Shown piece by piece: positions 59,845-64,000 of a stretch of 64,000 nucleotides of DNA; the stretch's first letter is position 1, and each line of letters opens with the position of its first letter. The position numbers and the translations under genes were made by a program. The DNA is from Balamuthia mandrillaris (lineage: Eukaryota): assembly GCA_031835245.2 (NCBI GenBank), contig JAVKOQ020000065.1:62001-126000 (forward strand). The letters are read 5' to 3'. The notes below the pieces were generated by a model. It saw nothing but the letters and a program-made list of their open reading frames with translations, did not search any database and was not told where the DNA came from.

Positions 59845-62093
59845 CTATGAAGAAGACGAAGAGCCACCAGTAACTAGAGAAGTGGGAGCCATTCGAACTT
59901 GAATCTTGTCGCTGCGCTTCTCCTCGCGAAGGTATCTGTTCCACAAGACTGGGAACTTCTTGGAGAGATCTGCGGTGGTCGCTCTTCCGCTTTTGAGGGC
60001 ATCGTACAGCCATTCGTTCATTCCGAGGCACAGCTCTTCCCATTCTTTCGTCGTCTCTTCCGATAAATTCAACCACTAGAACACAACATTACATTATGAG
60101 CAAAAACACAAAACACAAAAGAGAAGACATTAAAAACCTGTTGAATCTCTTTGATGCGGCGAGTGATGCGAGAGCCTAAAACTTCGTGACTGGCATCATA
60201 CTCTGCCTTGGCGGCTTCTTCGGTGAGAGCGTTCTTCTTGGAGAGAGCATTGACAGCAATGGTGTAGGTCTTTAGTTTTTCTCTTACAGCTCTCAACATG
60301 ATGTACCACACCGACTTCTTCTTCAACAAACCAGTTACATTATCCTGTTAAATATTTTTGTGAGCAATAAGAAGAAAGACAAACCAAAGATGAAAGCAAA
60401 AAAGAATAAGGAAATAAGATAAGAATGAAGAAGCAGCAAATATACCTCTTCATCCAAAAAGTACAGAACTCTGCCCTCGGTGCCGTGCAAGGTGCGCACC
60501 TCGTTCATTACATGATAGATCTTTGTCGGGTCTTCCAACTCAAAGACTTCATACTTGACCGTCTCGAATCCCATCTTCGCCGCAAACTGAATCGCTGCAG
60601 TCGGTTCCACACAAAGTCCCTTCTTCTTCCCATCTTCCTCTCCACTGTTATTATCTGCCTTCTCATCCATGCCTTGATGCTCCGGAACAAAAGTGATGAA
60701 CTGCATGAAGGGCTTCCGAAGGTGGTCCAAACATTCAACGTGTTGATCTTCCGGGTCCAACATCTCGAAACAAGCAGTCCAGTGCTTTCTCGCCATAAAC
60801 TCCAACAAACGCAATGCTTTTCCGTTCCATTGTCGTTCTCCGTCTTCGCCTTCTTTTGCTTTTTCATCACCATCTTCTTGTTGATGGTTCAGTGCCTCCA
60901 ACATGTCAAAGAGAGCGTGCATCACTTTCAAAGCAACGGAGAGACGGTTCTCCTTATCGTCGTAAAGAGAGAGGTCACCTCTCGTTCCAGCCATCAAATG
61001 AACGTTCTTGCTGCCTCCAATCAACAAAAACTTTGTTTGCAGTTTGTTCTCTCCTTTCGTGGAAGCGGAAGAAGAAGAAGAAAGTTTGATGACGGAGAGA
61101 TGAGCAGCTGCTCCGTTGGCTTTCCAAGTGGAGACCACTTTCTTGGCTTGCTCCGGCGGCTTCGTGAAGAACTTCCTCCAAACCTCCTCATCGCCGCCGT
61201 CCGGACAGTCGTCATCATCGCCCATGCCGCCGGTAAACTTTTTGAGGCCACGAAGAGGAAAGCAGAGGAGAGGAGGAGAGGATGGAGAGGAGCGGAGCTT
61301 GAAGGAGAGAAGACAATTGCCGCGAGCCACTTTTTGGCGGATGCGTTCGCTGGAGGCGTAGACCTCGTCCTCGTATGGCAGGTTCCTCTTTTTGTTTCTG
61401 TTGTTTTTTCTTTTCTTGGGCGGATAACCTATACCCGTTTGTTTGTTTGGTTGTTTTGTTTTGTCAGTTATCTCCTCCTATAAAGAGAAGGAGAAGGAGA
61501 AGGAGAAGGAGAAGGAGAAGGAGAAGGAGAAGGAGAAGGAGAAGGAGAAGGAGAAGGAGAAGGAGAGAGAAGGAGAAGGAGAAGGAGAAGGAAGAAGGAG
61601 AAGGAGAAGGAGAAGGAGAAGGAGAAGGAGAAGGAGAAGGAGAAGGAGAAGGAGAAGGAGAAGGAGAAGGAGAAGGAGAAGGAGAAGGAGAAGGAGAAGG
61701 AGAAGGAGAAGGAGAAGGAGAAGGAGAAGGAGAACAAGAACAAGAACAAGAAAGGAGAAGGAGAAGGAGAAGGAGAACAAGAACAAGAAAGGAGAACAAG
61801 AACAAGAACAAGAAAGGAGAAGAAGAAAGGAAGAGAGAAGGAGAAGAAGAAGGAGAACGAAACGAACCAATGCGAACGTCAAGAAGCTGAGCGTCACCAA
61901 TGGGTAAGCCACGAAGCACAGCGGGAGGCACCGCCAACGCGTTTATCTTCAGGGCATAATCCCGCTCGACCCACTGCTTGTACGCCTCGCAGCGAGGCGT
62001 CACCCTTTGAGCCCAACCCAGGAACTCCTCTTGCTCTTCTTCGTGGGCGAGGAGGACGGAGGAGGAGTTCGTCTCTTTGCTTTCCGCTTCCAT
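59845..62093 (-). CDS. Stand-alone Rnl1/Trl1-type ATP-dependent RNA ligase-like nucleotidyltransferase, 4 exons
   Basis: ARGN..RGLKKF, motif I WKANG, Ia GGSKNVH, III CFEMLD..QH, IIIa FITF, IV TEGRVLYF, V LKKKSVWY. Confidence 0.72.
61488..61735 (+). repeat. Intronic (GAAGGA)n hexamer array, about 40 copies
   Basis: Directly visible; lies in the first intron of the ligase-like gene. Confidence 0.95.
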
Positions 62094-62326
62094 TTCTTTG
62101 TTAAAAAAATAATGACCAATAATTGAACATTTATTTATCTTTTTAGTTAATTTTCTCAATTTTTTCTGTCGTTCGTTTTCTTAAGCGAAAAATTAAGATT
62201 TTTTTGTTAATTAGATGAAAAATCGACGCCGATCGATTTTTCTGCAATCAATCAATAAAAATTAACAATCAATAAAATAATAAAAATGTTTTTTTTTCAA
62301 GAATTTTTGCAAATATATTTTTTGGT

Positions 62327-62645
62327 TTAAACAAGGCTCTCATTTTCGCTCCGTGGATTGAAGTCATCCTCCCCCTCGTCCGAGGAAGCAGCTTCTTGTC
62401 TCTTCTTCGATGAGGATGATGATGAAGAAGAAGAGGAGCCTTGGTTGGCAAAAGAGGAGATGTCCTTGTCATCAAGCTCTTCGGCGCCGCGGTCCAGGAG
62501 GTCGTCTTCCTCCTCGTCCTCATCCATGTCGTGCAAGAGGGCGTTGGTGTCGTTGCCTTCCAGACGAGAGTAGGCGCTGCCTCTTGGCCTGCTTCCTCTT
62601 CGTTGGGCCGCACCTCTTCCCTCTGTATGGATAATGTAAGCAATA

Positions 62646-62688
<43 letters not shown>

Positions 62689-62924
62689 AAAGGGAAAGGA
62701 AAGGAGAGCACGAAAAGGAGAGCAAGAAGAGAAAGAAGCGTACGTGAAGCTCTGTATTCAGGAGGAAGGACAAAGTTGGGGACGTGGTCTTTGAGGGCCT
62801 CTCGAACGGCATCGTTCTTGCGGACCAAAATGACCGTCGTGATGAGCGCTGCCGTTACCACCACAAACAAAACGAGAACTAGAACTCCAAAAACTTTTAA
62901 ACACAACAAAAAGTCAGACGAAAG

Positions 62925-62955
<31 letters not shown>

Positions 62956-64000
62956 GAAACGAACTGGCTCCACCGCTCATGCCCTTTTTGCCGCTGCCGG
63001 ATCCGCCGGAACCATCGCAGCTGGTCCTCTCGGGTTCCCATTTCATGCTCTCTGGCACTTGAGGAGAGGCCATACATTTGTCTCCCGGAACTCGTTGATA
63101 TCTGTTTTCATTTTTCAAAAAGAATCAATACAGGAGATAAGAGACGGACGAGGACGAGGACCAGGATGAGGAGAGAGAGAGAGAGAGAGAGAAACGAAAT
63201 GAGAGAGAGAAAGGAATAAACATAATGGTAACAAACCCTTTAGTTTTCAGCCAATAGTCATTGCAAGGGCTGGGAGGTAATTGCTCATAGTCGGGGCAGG
63301 AAAGCACGCATTCGTCCTTATCGTTTCTGGTATAACAATAGTCGCTGTTTTTTTTGTAAAATTTTAGAACTCAAAAGTCAATATTTCTGTTGTAGGCTGA
63401 AAAGAAAAAACAAGGTACCATTCGTAGTCTTCCCTCTTGCACTGACACTGTGTGACAAAGACTGGTCGCTCCAAGTCATCCGGCACAAAGCACTCGGCGT
63501 CCTGCTTTCTCCTTTTATAGGTGAACTTCTGTCCCAACAGGCACTCATCTCCCGTGTTCTCGCTGGGGCTCCACAGTTCATAGTCATCGTTGGTGCAGGA
63601 ACGTTCGTGCAGCTTGGAGAAGTCCAAGTGGATGACAACACCTTTGCCGTTGCGCTCGCCGTAGACGAGGAAGGCGAGGCCGGTGTTGGAGGGCTCGGTG
63701 GCCACGTTAGTGATGTCGATGGAGCCGAGGTCGGTTATGCGGCAGGTTTCCCAGTGGAGACCTTCGTTCCAAGAATAACTGTTTTAATCCAATTTTGTTT
63801 ATGTGTGAGTACTAAACAACGCGAAAGAGAACAAAAGAAAGAAAAAGAAGAGCCAGAAGAAAGCAGATGCAACGAGAGAAGATTAAAAATAATAAGAAAA
63901 TAAGAAAGAAGTCGGAAGATAGAAAAGATGAGGATTGCATACTGAACAATATCAGATGCGTCTTTGTTGTCAACATAGATGGAGAGCGCGCCATGGTCAG
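62327..64000 (-). CDS. Vps10/sortilin-family sorting receptor, 5'-partial
   Basis: 10CC module DFSKLHERSC..DYELW..CLLGQKFTYKRRK..C..CQCKREDYEC, GYQRVPGDKC, a TM helix, and a cytosolic tail with YSRL and EEDDLL. Confidence 0.92.

Overview
Gene-dense, intron-rich eukaryotic DNA. Introns are short GT-AG, carry (CT)n/(CTT)n microsatellites on the sense strand, and have A-rich acceptors such as AAACAG. This style and the gene content (Clu-domain protein, hybrid histidine kinase, Mgm101, plant-type PEX22, giant-virus-type F-box/ankyrin genes) suggest a free-living amoeba, probably Acanthamoeba/Balamuthia-like; this is an inference. I reconstructed about 22 protein genes by manual splicing: Clu-like (partial), Emi1/DUF3128, DPM3, C1-inositol polyphosphate kinase, a dual histidine kinase, ISCU, RAB18, BUB3, THOC1, WIP/verprolin, F-box, PEX22, NADAR, F-box/ankyrin, UPF0235, UBXN4-like, CobW GTPase, MGM101, a truncated SPT16 paralogue, ATG16, ENY2, a PfkB kinase, a RING-SIM-CUE protein, a stand-alone RNA-ligase-like protein and Vps10 (partial). 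A decaying island at about 19.97-22.86 kb holds an internally deleted piggyBac with palindromic inverted repeats and two ankyrin pseudogenes. The most interesting leads are the stand-alone Rnl1/Trl1-type ligase, the dual histidine kinase with a cyanobacterial-type GAF, the C1-IPK fusion, the mini-SPT16, the Mgm101 C-terminal extra domain, two intergenic structured-RNA candidates, and recurrent promoter motifs (TTTTGTCGAC, TGACGTCA, a paired TGACGTGG before DPM3). Exon boundaries were read by eye and no database searches were run.
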